From the NCBI GenBank assembly GCA_001820685.1, contig MHQP01000009.1:808-64807 (forward strand): a stretch of DNA of 64,000 bases, given 5' to 3'. A program made the position numbers and the translations under genes. The number at the start of each line of letters is the position of its first letter. Within the stretch, counting starts at the first letter, position 1. Source of the stretch: Candidatus Sungbacteria bacterium RIFCSPLOWO2_01_FULL_47_32 (GTDB lineage Bacteria > Patescibacteriota > Minisyncoccia > Sungbacterales > GWA2-42-14). Shown piece after piece: positions 17,529-27,128 of the stretch. Below the pieces are notes generated by a model, which made no database searches, was not told the origin of the DNA, and saw only the letters and a list, made by a program, of their open reading frames with translations.

Positions 17529-19046
17529 ATGTCAAAAAAAGGGTATCATAAAGCCATTGCCATGTCAATTCACGCCAAGGAAAAATTCTATATTACGACC
17601 GCCATTGATTATGCCAATGCGAAGCCCCATATCGGCCATGCTTTGGAAAAGATTCAGGCGGATGTATTTGCTCGCTACTACCGCATTAAAAGGGAGGAAG
17701 TTTTCTTTTTGACGGGTTCTGACGAGCACGGCGTTAAAATTGTTCGTGCGGCAGAAGCGGCAGGGAAAGATCAGAAGGCCTTTGTCGACGGGAACACCGA
17801 AGCCTTTAAAAATTTGAAAAATATCCTGAACTTGTCATGGGATAGATTTATTCGAACAAGCGACGTTAATCAACACTGGCCCGGAGCTCAAAAGCTGTGG
17901 ACGAAAATTTTTGAAGCGGGGGACTTATATAAAAAGAAATACCGGGGACTTTACTGTATTGGCCACGAAGCGTTTGTAACGGAAAAAGACCTTGAAGGAG
18001 GTATTTGCCGCGACCATAAAAAAGCCCCCGAGGCTGTCGAGGAGGAAAATTGGTTTTTCAGGCTTTCGAAGTATTCGAAAGAAATTGAATTAAAAATTAA
18101 GAATGACGAGTTACGAATAATTCCGAATTCACGAAAAAATGAAATTCTGGCCCTGTGCGAGCAAGGCTTAGACGACGTGAGTTTTTCGCGTCCGCGAAAA
18201 GACCTCTCGTGGGGCATTCCCGTCCCGAATGACCCGGAGCATACGATGTATGTCTGGTGCGACGCGCTTGCGAATTACATCACGGCCGTCGGGTACGAAA
18301 ATGAAACTCCGGAGTTCAAAAAGTGGTGGCCGGCGGATATGCATGTTATAGGAAAAGATATTTTAAGGTTCCATGCCGCAATTTGGCCGGGGATGCTGCT
18401 CTCTGCCGGACTGCCTCTTCCCAAGTCCGTTTTTGTCCACGGATTCATCACGGTAGAAAGAGAAAAAATGTCGAAAACAGTCGGGAACATTATCGGTGCC
18501 GAGGAGCTTATACAAAAATACGGAACAGACCCCGTGAGGTATTATTTGCTCCGCGAAATTCCGTCATACGAAGACGGCGATTTCAGCTATAAAAAATTCG
18601 AGGAGCGATACAACGGCGACCTTGCAAACGGCATCGGCAATCTTGTTTCCAGGGTTGCAACAATAGGGCAAAAACTTGGGAACATTCCTTTTAATTTCGC
18701 AGAGGACATTGTTCCGGGGACGAAAGAAAAAAATAGCTCCGTATTTGCTCTCTATGACGAAAAAGTTGCCGCGGGACGCCTGAATGAAGCGCTTGGGGTA
18801 GTTTGGGAGCTTGTCGGGTTTGCGGATCGTTATATAAATGAGCAAAAACCTTGGGCAATAAAAGATGAAGCAATATTAAAAACTGTCATTATAAACGCTT
18901 CGTGGTGCATCGGCTCCATCGGGAATCTTCTTGCGCCGTTTCTTCCTGAAACGTCGGAGCGTATTTTGTCGCAAATAAAATTTTCAAAGGATGCGCTTGA
19001 AATAAAAAAAGAGGGAACACTATTCCCCAGATTGAAAACAGACTAG
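17529..19046 (+). CDS. metG: methionyl-tRNA synthetase (short form)
   Basis: AKPHIGHALEKIQADVFARYYRIK (HIGH). KMSKTVGNII. A possible start at ATG 17562 gives an N-terminus MSIHAKEKFYITT. Confidence 0.92.
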   Translation: MSKKGYHKAIAMSIHAKEKFYITTAIDYANAKPHIGHALEKIQADVFARYYRIKREEVFFLTGSDEHGVKIVRAAEAAGKDQKAFVDGNTEAFKNLKNILNLSWDRFIRTSDVNQHWPGAQKLWTKIFEAGDLYKKKYRGLYCIGHEAFVTEKDLEGGICRDHKKAPEAVEEENWFFRLSKYSKEIELKIKNDELRIIPNSRKNEILALCEQGLDDVSFSRPRKDLSWGIPVPNDPEHTMYVWCDALANYITAVGYENETPEFKKWWPADMHVIGKDILRFHAAIWPGMLLSAGLPLPKSVFVHGFITVEREKMSKTVGNIIGAEELIQKYGTDPVRYYLLREIPSYEDGDFSYKKFEERYNGDLANGIGNLVSRVATIGQKLGNIPFNFAEDIVPGTKEKNSSVFALYDEKVAAGRLNEALGVVWELVGFADRYINEQKPWAIKDEAILKTVIINASWCIGSIGNLLAPFLPETSERILSQIKFSKDALEIKKEGTLFPRLKTD

Positions 19047-19065
19047 CTTCATTATTTTAGGAATT

Positions 19066-19093
19066 TAAAAAAGAGGGCGTAGCCCTCTTTTTG
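19066..19093. terminator. bidirectional intrinsic terminator
   Basis: aaaaagagggcgtagccctcttttt. Confidence 0.6.
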
Positions 19094-19501
19094 CTATCTT
19101 TTTCTTACGCAGTCGCTTTGCCCGGCATTTTTTCGGAAATAGAGCGAAGAAACATCGGCGTAATATCCTGGCGCTGTTTTTAAAATATTCCGAAGCCATT
19201 CTGCGGAACTTACTTCTTTAATATCGGAAGAATCCGGCTTTTGCACAAAAAAGTAAAATGGCTTTTTTTCGTCATCGGTAATAAGGATATAGTAGGTAGT
19301 GCTATCCGCCGTTTTGATAACCTCAACAGCATAGTCCACGCCTTTGTAGAACGTCATTGATGTTTTTCCGGCATCACAGGCATACTCCGCTGCGAGCCAT
19401 GTCTCCTCTTTATAGTTGGGGAATTGCCGGGAAGCTGAAGCTCCGTCGGTAACGAGCGGAAGAAACAGGAAAAAAGAAAAAAACAAGACTATATGTTTCA
19501 T
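19094..19501 (-). CDS. small secreted protein, paralog 1 (135 aa, 2 conserved Cys)
   Basis: Signal peptide. Shares ..NYKEE.....YACDAGKTS.TFYKG ... DC... with the paralog at 19606..19977. Confidence 0.6.
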   Translation of the reverse strand: MKHIVLFFSFFLFLPLVTDGASASRQFPNYKEETWLAAEYACDAGKTSMTFYKGVDYAVEVIKTADSTTYYILITDDEKKPFYFFVQKPDSSDIKEVSSAEWLRNILKTAPGYYADVSSLYFRKNAGQSDCVRKR

Positions 19502-19573
19502 CGGTTTTCACGCGGGCAAGACGATAAAGGTGCTTACAGCATAGTAAGTTTTGCCGGAGATATTGTCAAAGAT

Positions 19574-19601
19574 GAATAAAAAAATAGGGGGAACCCCCCT
19601 C
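19574..19601 (-). terminator. intrinsic terminator
   Basis: Hairpin agggggaaccccct with a T-run on the minus strand. Confidence 0.55.
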
Positions 19602-19605
19602 TGTG

Positions 19606-19977
19606 CTATTGGGACATTTTGCAGTCGTGTTTGTTGCTGTTAAGACTTGCACGGAAATTCGGAGCGTCCTCTTTGAGAGCTTTTTTTACTGCTTCAGAGG
19701 ACATGCTCTGGACCTCTGCCGACCCGGTTTTCTTCATGAAAAACGTTTCTTCGGAGTTCGTGCCCACGTCGTAGTATATGGTGCCGTTTCCAACGGTAAC
19801 AACTACAATGTCGTACTTTGATGATTTATAAAATTGAACAGAGGTTTTGCCTGCGTCGCAAACTACAGTGCCCACAAGCCTCGCTTCCTTTTCATAGTCC
19901 GGAAGCTTTGGCGTGGCGGCGAACACGAACGCCGGAATTGCAAGAACAAGAATTGAAAGAGTAAGGATGCGCTTCAT
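19606..19977 (-). CDS. small secreted protein, paralog 2 (123 aa)
   Basis: MKRILTLSILVLAIPAFVFA signal peptide. VCDAGKTSVQFYK. C-terminal HDCK. Met 18 of the track ORF. Confidence 0.6.
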   Translation of the reverse strand: MKRILTLSILVLAIPAFVFAATPKLPDYEKEARLVGTVVCDAGKTSVQFYKSSKYDIVVVTVGNGTIYYDVGTNSEETFFMKKTGSAEVQSMSSEAVKKALKEDAPNFRASLNSNKHDCKMSQ

Positions 19978-20059
19978 TGTGTCCTCTGTGGTGGGGGCGA
20001 AGTCCGTATCGGTTTTGCCGACAGGCACATCATATTAGAATAAAAATGTTCCGTCAAGT

Positions 20060-20090
20060 GTTCGCTTTTGAAAAACAAAAAAGCGGAAAT
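20060..20090 (-). terminator. intrinsic terminator
   Basis: Hairpin agcggaaattttccgct with a T-run on the minus strand. Confidence 0.55.
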
Positions 20091-20097
20091 TTTCCGC

Positions 20098-20400
20098 TTA
20101 TCTACTTTTTTGCTTACCTCGTTCATGTACTGGGCTCCGAAGAATGAATTCTCCTCGTCTCGACTGTTCAATGCCTCGCTTGATGCTTTCCTCAATTTTC
20201 CGGTGCGCGGCTATCTCGGTCTCAAGAAGTTTCCTGAAGTCTTCAAACTGCATAAGCCGCTCAAGTTTCTGACCGAATGCTGTTGTCCTGTCTTTCTCTC
20301 CTTGCCACAGCTCCTTTGCCTGTTTTTTAAAGTCAGGATATGCGCGGTAGATTTCTCGTATCAGCTTTTCAAAGTTTGTCTTCGGCCGCTTCACTCTCAT
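20098..20400 (-). CDS. small basic helical protein, paralog 1 (100 aa)
   Basis: KTNFEKLIREIYRAYPDFKK ... FEDFRKLLE. Paralog of the 20401..20718 gene. The two are directly abutting. Confidence 0.55.
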   Translation of the reverse strand: MRVKRPKTNFEKLIREIYRAYPDFKKQAKELWQGEKDRTTAFGQKLERLMQFEDFRKLLETEIAAHRKIEESIKRGIEQSRRGEFILRSPVHERGKQKSR

Positions 20401-20718
20401 TTAGAGGCCTAGCCGGATTTTGACGAATTCATACGGAACACCCTTGCCCTTCTCCATTTCTTTTTTTGCCGCGAGAACGTTTTTTTCAAACGCGCGTTCG
20501 AAAGCAACCTTTCGCTCAATGAGCTTTCTGAATTTCTCGTCCTCGAGGAAGTCATCAAGCATGTCGGAAAGTATCCGGAGTATGTCAACTTGGTCTCGCT
20601 TCATCTGTCTCACAAGCTTCGCCACGCGCTTTTTAAAAGCAGGGGCTTCTCGGTACTGCCCGGCACGCCATTTTTCAAAATTTGTCATGGAACGCTTTTC
20701 CGCCTTCTTCTTTGCCAT
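20401..20718 (-). CDS. small basic helical protein, paralog 2 (105 aa)
   Basis: ATG 20718 with an AAGGAG SD 7 nt upstream. MTNFEKWRAGQYREAPAFKK ... DEKFRKLIE. Confidence 0.6.
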   Translation of the reverse strand: MAKKKAEKRSMTNFEKWRAGQYREAPAFKKRVAKLVRQMKRDQVDILRILSDMLDDFLEDEKFRKLIERKVAFERAFEKNVLAAKKEMEKGKGVPYEFVKIRLGL

Positions 20719-20798
20719 TCTGTGGCTCCTTGAGTAAAATATGTTGTATGAAGAGTGGTGGCCGCATTGTAGCATTTTAATCGCATCATGTCAATTTT

Positions 20799-21671
20799 AT
20801 GAACTGGAACGCCAAAAACCCAAAACTTATTGATGCTCACACGCACGTCCATTTTCACGCGTATAAGGATGATGCTGATTTGGTTTTGCAAAGAGCGCTT
20901 GAGGCCGGGGTTTGGATGGTTCTTGTGGGGACACAGCTCGATACATCAAAAACTGCGATTGACTTTGCAAACCGGTATTCCGAAGGTATTTATGCAACGG
21001 TCGGGCTCCACCCGATACATACGGAAGAGTCATACCATGATGCAAAGGAGCTTGGCGCACCGTCAGCAGACTCAACAAAAAAGGAAAGCGAAAGGGGATT
21101 TACATCGCGCGGCGAAGCCTTCAGTTATGAAAAATATAAAGCGCTGGCGCTCGAAAAAAAGGTTGTCGCCATCGGAGAGTGCGGCCTCGATTACTATCGG
21201 CTTACGGAGGAAACAAAAAAGAAACAACAAGATGTTTTTACTTCGCATATTGAGCTTGCGCGCGAAGTGAAAAAGCCGCTTATGATACACTGCAGAAACG
21301 CATTTGCCGACCTTATTTCATTGCTTGAGTCGCATAAGTCCGGTCTGAACAATCCGCCCGGCGTCATGCATTTTTTTACCGGCACAAAGGATGATGCGCG
21401 CATTCTTCTTGATCTTGGCCTCTCGTTTACGTTCGGAGGAGTTATCACATTTACGCACGATTATGACGAGGTTGTGCGCTTTATTCCAATTGAGCGCATA
21501 CTTGTTGAAACCGACGCGCCGTACGTGTCGCCGGTACCGTATCGCGGCAAGAGGAACGAGCCGGCATACATTATTGAAATCGCAAAAAAACTCGCAGAAA
21601 TAAAAGGAATTCAGGAGGAAGACGCGATGACAGAAACCGTAAAAAATGCGCGGAAGATGTTTGCGATATGA
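20799..21671 (+). CDS. tatD: TatD-family metal-dependent hydrolase/DNase
   Basis: IDAHTHVHF. GECGLDYYR. His/Asp/Glu ligand pattern. ~35 aa insertion. Confidence 0.75.
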   Translation: MNWNAKNPKLIDAHTHVHFHAYKDDADLVLQRALEAGVWMVLVGTQLDTSKTAIDFANRYSEGIYATVGLHPIHTEESYHDAKELGAPSADSTKKESERGFTSRGEAFSYEKYKALALEKKVVAIGECGLDYYRLTEETKKKQQDVFTSHIELAREVKKPLMIHCRNAFADLISLLESHKSGLNNPPGVMHFFTGTKDDARILLDLGLSFTFGGVITFTHDYDEVVRFIPIERILVETDAPYVSPVPYRGKRNEPAYIIEIAKKLAEIKGIQEEDAMTETVKNARKMFAI

Positions 21672-21688
21672 AGTGAGTTCCGAAGAAA

Positions 21689-21717
21689 GAAAAAATCCGC
21701 CTAAAGGCGGTTTTTTA
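21689..21717. terminator. bidirectional terminator
   Basis: aaaaaatccgcctaaaggcggtttttta. Confidence 0.6.
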
Positions 21718-21728
21718 TCTTTTTCTGC

Positions 21729-22019
21729 TCACAGAGTGTCGGTTTTTTTATAGGCTTTTACTGTTGCTTCGCACCTCAATTCCATCTTTTCGTTCTCCCG
21801 GCTCCAGAGCTGGATTTCGAGAGAGATTTCCACATATCGCTGTTTTGTTTCCGGGCTTACCTTTATCGCATAGTTTTTGTCGATGATAGAAACGTCATAT
21901 CCCTCTGCCTCAAGAAATTTTTGAAGAACATTCACCTGTGTGTCTTTTTTTGATTCGAACGACTTGAGAAACTCTTTAATGAACGCAAAAAACATCTGTT
22001 TGATCGGTTCACTCGGCAT
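21729..22019 (-). CDS. hypothetical protein (96 aa)
   Basis: Track ORF with protein-like composition. No motif. Confidence 0.4.
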   Translation of the reverse strand: MPSEPIKQMFFAFIKEFLKSFESKKDTQVNVLQKFLEAEGYDVSIIDKNYAIKVSPETKQRYVEISLEIQLWSRENEKMELRCEATVKAYKKTDTL

Positions 22020-22168
22020 AGTCCGACACCGTTTTTAAGAACCTGCTATCACTCTTCCATATCTAGGCGGGCAAGTCAACAAAATATTGGGCTATAGGCG
22101 GAATATAGAAGAAATCCTAAAACTATGATACGATATGCTAATGAAAAATGCAGCAAGAATTGTAGCGT

Positions 22169-24631
22169 ATGTCCATGAAATATAATCCCGGAAAAATTGA
22201 AAGTAAATGGAAAAAGCTCTGGCTCAAGAAAAAAATATACGAGCCGGATCTTAAAAATGCGGAGCGTCCGTTCTATACCCTCATGATGTTTCCATATCCT
22301 TCGGCTGAAGGACTTCACATCGGAGGAGTGAGAACATTCACCGGTGTTGATATATACGGCCGGTTTAAAAGGATGCAGGGATACGACGTGTTTGAGCCAA
22401 TCGGGCTTGATGGTTTTGGAATACACTCCGAAAATTACGCTTTGAAGATCGGAAAACACCCCACGCGCCTTGTCCCCATAACGGAAAAAAATTTTTATCG
22501 CCAGCTTGTCGCAACAGGAAACGCGTTTTCCTGGGATGAAGCGCTTGAGACATATGATCCGGACTATTACCGATGGACGCAATGGATATTTATCCAGATG
22601 TTCAAGCGGGGCCTCGCATACCGCAAAAAAGCGAAGGTGAACTGGTGCCCGTCATGCCTTACGGTGCTTGCGGATGAACAGGTTGTTTCCGGCGAATGCG
22701 AACGATGCGGCTCGCCTACTATCAAAAAAGACCTCGAACAATGGTTTTTTAAAATTACAGATTATGCGGAACGCCTGTTAAACAATCTTCCTAAGCTTGA
22801 CTGGTCGGAAAATATAAAAATTGCCCAAGAACACTGGATAGGTAGATCGGAAGGGGCATTGATAAAATTTCCAATTCTCGATTCTCAAATTTCAATCGAG
22901 GTGTTTACCACGCGGCCGGATACGCTTTTTGGCGCAACATATATGGTAGTGGCCCCGGAACACCCGCTTGTCGAAACATTAAAGAACCGAATACAAAACT
23001 GGAAAGAAGCCGAAAAATATATTTCTGCGGCCGCGAAAAGGTCCGAAATAGAACGTACTGCCGAAGGGAAGGAAAAAACCGGAGTTGAGCTGAAGGGCGT
23101 GCGTGCGATTAACCCGGCAAACAAAGAAGAAATCCCCGTGTATATTGCGGATTATGTCCTTTTCGGATATGGGACCGGAGCTGTCATGGCGGTTCCTGCG
23201 CATGACGCGCGCGACTATGCCTTCGCGAAAAAATTCAATATTCCCGCGCCTGTTGTCATTGACGGCGGACAGGAAGAAATGCTTTATGTCGGCGCGGGAC
23301 GTCTTATTAATTCCGGAAAATTTTCAAGCATGCAGTCGGATGAGGCAAAACGAGCCATTACGGAATTCGTCGGAGGAACTCTCAAGGTTCAGTATCGTCT
23401 TCGTGACTGGCTTATTTCGCGCCAGCGCTACTGGGGACCGCCAATTCCTATGATATTTTGCGGAGTATGCGAAAAGGCTGGCATGGGAGAACGGAAAGAC
23501 GCGCTGGGCTGGTACACGGTTCCCGAAAGCGAACTTCCGGTGAGGCTTCCCTTTGTAAAAGATTTCAGACCGAAAGGAACCGGAGAATCGCCGCTTGCTT
23601 CGGTAAAATCTTTTTATGAAATTCCCTGCCCGAAGTGCCACAAACCTGCGCGGCGGGAGACGGATGTTTCCGACACATTTCTCGATTCGGCATGGTATTT
23701 TCTCCGTTATCCTTCTGTTTCCGACAGCCGCCAGGCTTGGAATTCCGGCATAACGAACCGGTGGCTTCCTGTCCACATGTATATCGGAGGAGCAGAACAC
23801 GCCGTCTTACATTTGCTGTATGCGCGATTTCTTACGATGGTGTTTTATGACTGGAAGCTGGTTGGTTTTGAAGAACCGTTCACAACATTTCGCGCGCATG
23901 GGCTTATTACGAAAGGCGGAGCAAAAATGTCAAAGTCAAAAGGCAATGTGGTAAATCCCGATGACTATTTCAAGCGTTACGGCGCGGATACTATGAGAAT
24001 GTACCTCGCATTCCTTGCCCCGTTTGCTGAAGGCGGAGATTTTCAGGATTCCGGAATTGCCGGCATTACGCGGTTTCTTAACCGCGTGTGGGAGTTTAGC
24101 AATGCGCACGCAAAAAAGACCTCTTCGGAATTCTCTCCAGGCGATGAAAAGGTAATAAAGTCGGTGCATAAGGCGGTAAAAAAGGTCACGGAAGACATCG
24201 CGGAGCTTCACTATAATACCGCCATTTCTGCCCTCATGGTTTTATTAAACGAATTTGAGGCAAAACCTGCCGCGGTGAACAGAGAAGACGTCGGAATATT
24301 TCTGAAATTGCTCGCGCCATTCGCTCCATTCATCACGGAAGAATTATGGCAAAAGTTTTTTGCCGATAAAAAATCCAGGAGCCACTCAATACACCTCGAA
24401 TCGTGGCCAGCATTTGATAAGAAATTGATCGTTGATGAAACGGTTGTTGTCGTCGTTCAGGTAAACGGCGTTATGCGCGACAAATTCGAAATTAAAAATG
24501 ACGCTTCTGAAGAAGAGGTGAGAACCAAAGTGCTGTCTCTTGAAAAAGTAAAGCACTATGTTCCGGATGTTTCAAAAATAAAGAAATTCATTTATATCAA
24601 AAACAAAATAGCAAATATCGTCTTGCAATGA
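22169..24631 (+). CDS. leuS: leucyl-tRNA synthetase
   Basis: MFPYPSAEGLHIGGVRTF. Editing domain. KMSKSKGNVV. 820 aa. Confidence 0.92.
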   Translation: MSMKYNPGKIESKWKKLWLKKKIYEPDLKNAERPFYTLMMFPYPSAEGLHIGGVRTFTGVDIYGRFKRMQGYDVFEPIGLDGFGIHSENYALKIGKHPTRLVPITEKNFYRQLVATGNAFSWDEALETYDPDYYRWTQWIFIQMFKRGLAYRKKAKVNWCPSCLTVLADEQVVSGECERCGSPTIKKDLEQWFFKITDYAERLLNNLPKLDWSENIKIAQEHWIGRSEGALIKFPILDSQISIEVFTTRPDTLFGATYMVVAPEHPLVETLKNRIQNWKEAEKYISAAAKRSEIERTAEGKEKTGVELKGVRAINPANKEEIPVYIADYVLFGYGTGAVMAVPAHDARDYAFAKKFNIPAPVVIDGGQEEMLYVGAGRLINSGKFSSMQSDEAKRAITEFVGGTLKVQYRLRDWLISRQRYWGPPIPMIFCGVCEKAGMGERKDALGWYTVPESELPVRLPFVKDFRPKGTGESPLASVKSFYEIPCPKCHKPARRETDVSDTFLDSAWYFLRYPSVSDSRQAWNSGITNRWLPVHMYIGGAEHAVLHLLYARFLTMVFYDWKLVGFEEPFTTFRAHGLITKGGAKMSKSKGNVVNPDDYFKRYGADTMRMYLAFLAPFAEGGDFQDSGIAGITRFLNRVWEFSNAHAKKTSSEFSPGDEKVIKSVHKAVKKVTEDIAELHYNTAISALMVLLNEFEAKPAAVNREDVGIFLKLLAPFAPFITEELWQKFFADKKSRSHSIHLESWPAFDKKLIVDETVVVVVQVNGVMRDKFEIKNDASEEEVRTKVLSLEKVKHYVPDVSKIKKFIYIKNKIANIVLQ

Positions 24632-24657
24632 GAGTTGTTTTATGATACGCTACAGGT

Positions 24658-24840
24658 GTGCAACACGAGTTCTTTACAACACAAAGGGATTCCATGAAAC
24701 GGGCTCTTTTTTTAATTCTTGGCGGTATTGTCGGAGCGAGCGTTGTTATCCTTTTGAAGGCTCATATGGAGGCGGAATATAAGAGATGTGGGCGCCTTCA
24801 GGGGTCAGACGACGACAGCTCTTGGTGGATCGGCTCATGA
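24658..24840 (+). CDS. small membrane protein (possible start at 24694, MKRALF..)
   Basis: TM LFLILGGIVGASVVILL. Its stop overlaps the next ATG (ATGA, 24837-24840). Confidence 0.35.
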   Translation: MQHEFFTTQRDSMKRALFLILGGIVGASVVILLKAHMEAEYKRCGRLQGSDDDSSWWIGS

Positions 24841-25421
24841 TGTTTCCCCTGGGGACGGCAAAAAAACCGGCAAAGTATATCCTGTATTACAATCCGGAGG
24901 GCGCAATTGAGGCGGTTTTAGCACCTCTTTATTTTGAAGATTTCAAGCCGGGAATGGTATTTGATTCCTCTCTTTCGGGGTCGTTGTCGCCGAGAGCAAT
25001 TTTTTCAAAGAAGCGCGTTGAAGAGTTTGCCGTCGTTACCGGGGATAAAAATCTTCTCCATACTGATCCGGAGTTCGCAAAAACCACCATTTTAAAGGAT
25101 GTTGTCGTTCACGGGCGTCTTGCCGGTCTTGATAAACTCTTCGGACTACTTGATAAAATCGGTTTCTGGTCGGGTTCGTTAGAAGCGCTTACCTCCGACA
25201 ATACGAATTACTTTGCTCCCGTCTATCCAAACCGCGACTGGATCAGATACGCTCTTGATGTGGTGGAAACCAAAGAGGTAGAAAAATATCCGGATAAAGG
25301 AATTGTGAAATTCCACTTCCTTTCAACAAATCAAAAAGGCAAGCGCGTTTCCGAGGGTAATTTTACGGTCATGCTGCGCAGGCGCGAGTTCTACCCCGTT
25401 ATACCCAAAGTTTCGAGATAG
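24837..25421 (+). CDS. MaoC-like (R)-hydratase / hot-dog fold protein
   Basis: FAVVTGDKNLLHTDPEFAK ... VVHGRLAG matches the MaoC dehydratase motif. Confidence 0.65.
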   Translation: MMFPLGTAKKPAKYILYYNPEGAIEAVLAPLYFEDFKPGMVFDSSLSGSLSPRAIFSKKRVEEFAVVTGDKNLLHTDPEFAKTTILKDVVVHGRLAGLDKLFGLLDKIGFWSGSLEALTSDNTNYFAPVYPNRDWIRYALDVVETKEVEKYPDKGIVKFHFLSTNQKGKRVSEGNFTVMLRRREFYPVIPKVSR

Positions 25422-25498
25422 GGCATTACTATTCAAAAAATAATTTCCCCGCAAACATCTTTTTAGCATGAGGGTGTAACGGGGCAGGTAAAAAATAA

Positions 25499-25527
25499 TG
25501 GCTTCCATGTTGGAAGCCTTTCTTATT
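25499..25527 (+). terminator. intrinsic terminator
   Basis: ggcttccatgttggaagcc followed by tttcttatt. Confidence 0.55.
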
Positions 25528-25549
25528 GTCACTCGCGGCCCGAGCTTAA

Positions 25550-25906
25550 TTATACTAAGTTCTGAGTTACCAAACTATATTGTGAAATAAGGCTTGATGC
25601 GTAGAGTTCCGAAACTCCCGAAGGCGAATTATCGGACGGGCTTGGGGTGTATGAAACAGCAAGGAGCATTTCCCTTTCCGTTTTCGGATGTTTCCAGGAA
25701 GTCTCGACGACGGCGGCAAGCCCTTCTACTTCATTCCAAAGTCCGTACATCCTGCGAAGCGGTGCCCGCGGAATTCTCTCCAGCCATCGCTCACGCACAA
25801 TGGAAAAAATTGCTGGCGCATATGAGATGCCGAAGGCAAGAAGTTCCTCATCTGTTAAGGGCTCTTTCATTGAGGAACTGTGATAGATCGGGACGGGGTC
25901 TTCCAT
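25550..25906 (-). CDS. doubtful hypothetical ORF
   Basis: Track ORF only. S/P-rich C-terminus. Overlaps an opposite-strand ORF. May be non-coding. Confidence 0.2.
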   Translation of the reverse strand: MEDPVPIYHSSSMKEPLTDEELLAFGISYAPAIFSIVRERWLERIPRAPLRRMYGLWNEVEGLAAVVETSWKHPKTEREMLLAVSYTPSPSDNSPSGVSELYASSLISQYSLVTQNLV

Positions 25907-26026
25907 ACCATACCTCCCACAAAGAACATTTCTATAATGATTATACATAATAAAATGTATCTTGTAAAGGCCATTATTGAAGACTAAAGGGTACCAATTT
26001 TTTAAAAAATTCATTATGATACGGGC

Positions 26027-26953
26027 ATGAAAGAAAGCGTGGAACAACTTCACAGCCGTAAGTCTTTGCGAAGCAAGGAAAAGCCAGCTTCGCTTGAAAA
26101 AGACGGAAAGAGCACGGAAATAATAGAACGAATGCAGGATCTCTTATCTACTGTTGAAAAAGCGAAAAATGTTCCTTCAGGAAAATATAATAGAGAGCAG
26201 AAAAGATTTTTAATATACTCTGAAAGCACAAAAAAAGGGGCGCATAAGGGCTCTCCCGAGTCTCTTGAAGAAATTGAGGTCATATTTCAAATGCCAGAGT
26301 TTTTTTCTAACCAACTTGATGCTGCTGAAAAAAAGTTTTCATCTGCAAAGGCAAAGGGCGATTTTATAAAGAAATTAACCGAGTACCAGTATCTTATCTC
26401 ACATTTTATTGAGAAGAATAAGGAGGGCAAAGAATACCTAGATGAGCTCTGGAAACTTTTTGAGCGAATAGCGAATATTGAGGGGGTGTCAGCTAGCCAG
26501 TGCGAGGCATTGAAGTCTGGTATACTCGGGCAAGTTGCAACAGGACACCTTTTCCAGTTTTTTAAGGACGTCCACACAGAGCAGGCAACACCGCACGAAG
26601 ACGCGTTTTATAAAATAGACCTCTGGATAGATGACTATAATTCTCAATCGGGACGTTCTGCGGTGCAGACGACAACATCTCAAGCGGCGGAAAAATTTGA
26701 TATTCTCACAGATTTTGAAGAAATATCCTTTCCGGCGTTAAAAATTAAAGATTCTTATTTTTCTAACAACCTTTTAAATAAAATAAACCGTTTTCGGATG
26801 AGCGCTCAAAGATATGCGGAGGAATATGGGGAACCGATTAGCTCATATCTCATCATTCTTCCTCGGAATGAGATTGACTCACTAACCGGTGTCCCGTCAG
26901 AAAAGCTTTCAGGTCAATTTACCAAACGAATGAGCGAAATCTTAGATATTTAA
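26027..26953 (+). CDS. hypothetical protein (308 aa), ORFan
   Basis: Lys/Glu-rich, helical. No motif recognised. Confidence 0.55.
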   Translation: MKESVEQLHSRKSLRSKEKPASLEKDGKSTEIIERMQDLLSTVEKAKNVPSGKYNREQKRFLIYSESTKKGAHKGSPESLEEIEVIFQMPEFFSNQLDAAEKKFSSAKAKGDFIKKLTEYQYLISHFIEKNKEGKEYLDELWKLFERIANIEGVSASQCEALKSGILGQVATGHLFQFFKDVHTEQATPHEDAFYKIDLWIDDYNSQSGRSAVQTTTSQAAEKFDILTDFEEISFPALKIKDSYFSNNLLNKINRFRMSAQRYAEEYGEPISSYLIILPRNEIDSLTGVPSEKLSGQFTKRMSEILDI

Positions 26954-26958
26954 ATTAT

Positions 26959-27120
26959 ATGAATGAAAACGAAGGACAACTTAACTTGCCGGAAAACCTG
27001 CAGCCAGTGCTGGGTGTTTTGGGAGAGGAAAAAATGGATACGTTTGCGACCCCAGAGAGCTCTTTTCGGGGCAAAGAAGCCAAGGTGGTGGAACAAGAAA
27101 AAAAGGAGGCGGATATTTAG
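26959..27120 (+). CDS. possible acidic micro-protein (53 aa; alternative basic frame 26963..27175)
   Basis: Hand-translated MNENEGQLNLPENLQPVLGVLGEEKMDTFATPESSFRGKEAKVVEQEKKEADI. Fits exactly between the two flanking ORFans. Confidence 0.2.
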   Translation: MNENEGQLNLPENLQPVLGVLGEEKMDTFATPESSFRGKEAKVVEQEKKEADI

Positions 27121-27128
27121 AAATAGTT

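Noticed and set aside
20799-21671. Wondered whether the long TatD (290 aa) is a fusion
   Set aside because: The extra ~35 aa is an internal insertion (residues ~85-120) between conserved TatD blocks. Both the N- and C-terminal TatD motifs are continuous in one frame.
25422-26026. Looked for tmRNA, RNase P RNA or another structured RNA in this stretch of ambiguous coding status (ggacggggtc... and ggaaagggaaatgctcc resemble fragments of those RNAs)
   Set aside because: No tRNA-like acceptor/T-arm pairing. No P4/GGAAAG-CCGGGC context. No resume-codon/tag frame. Left as doubtful coding or non-coding.
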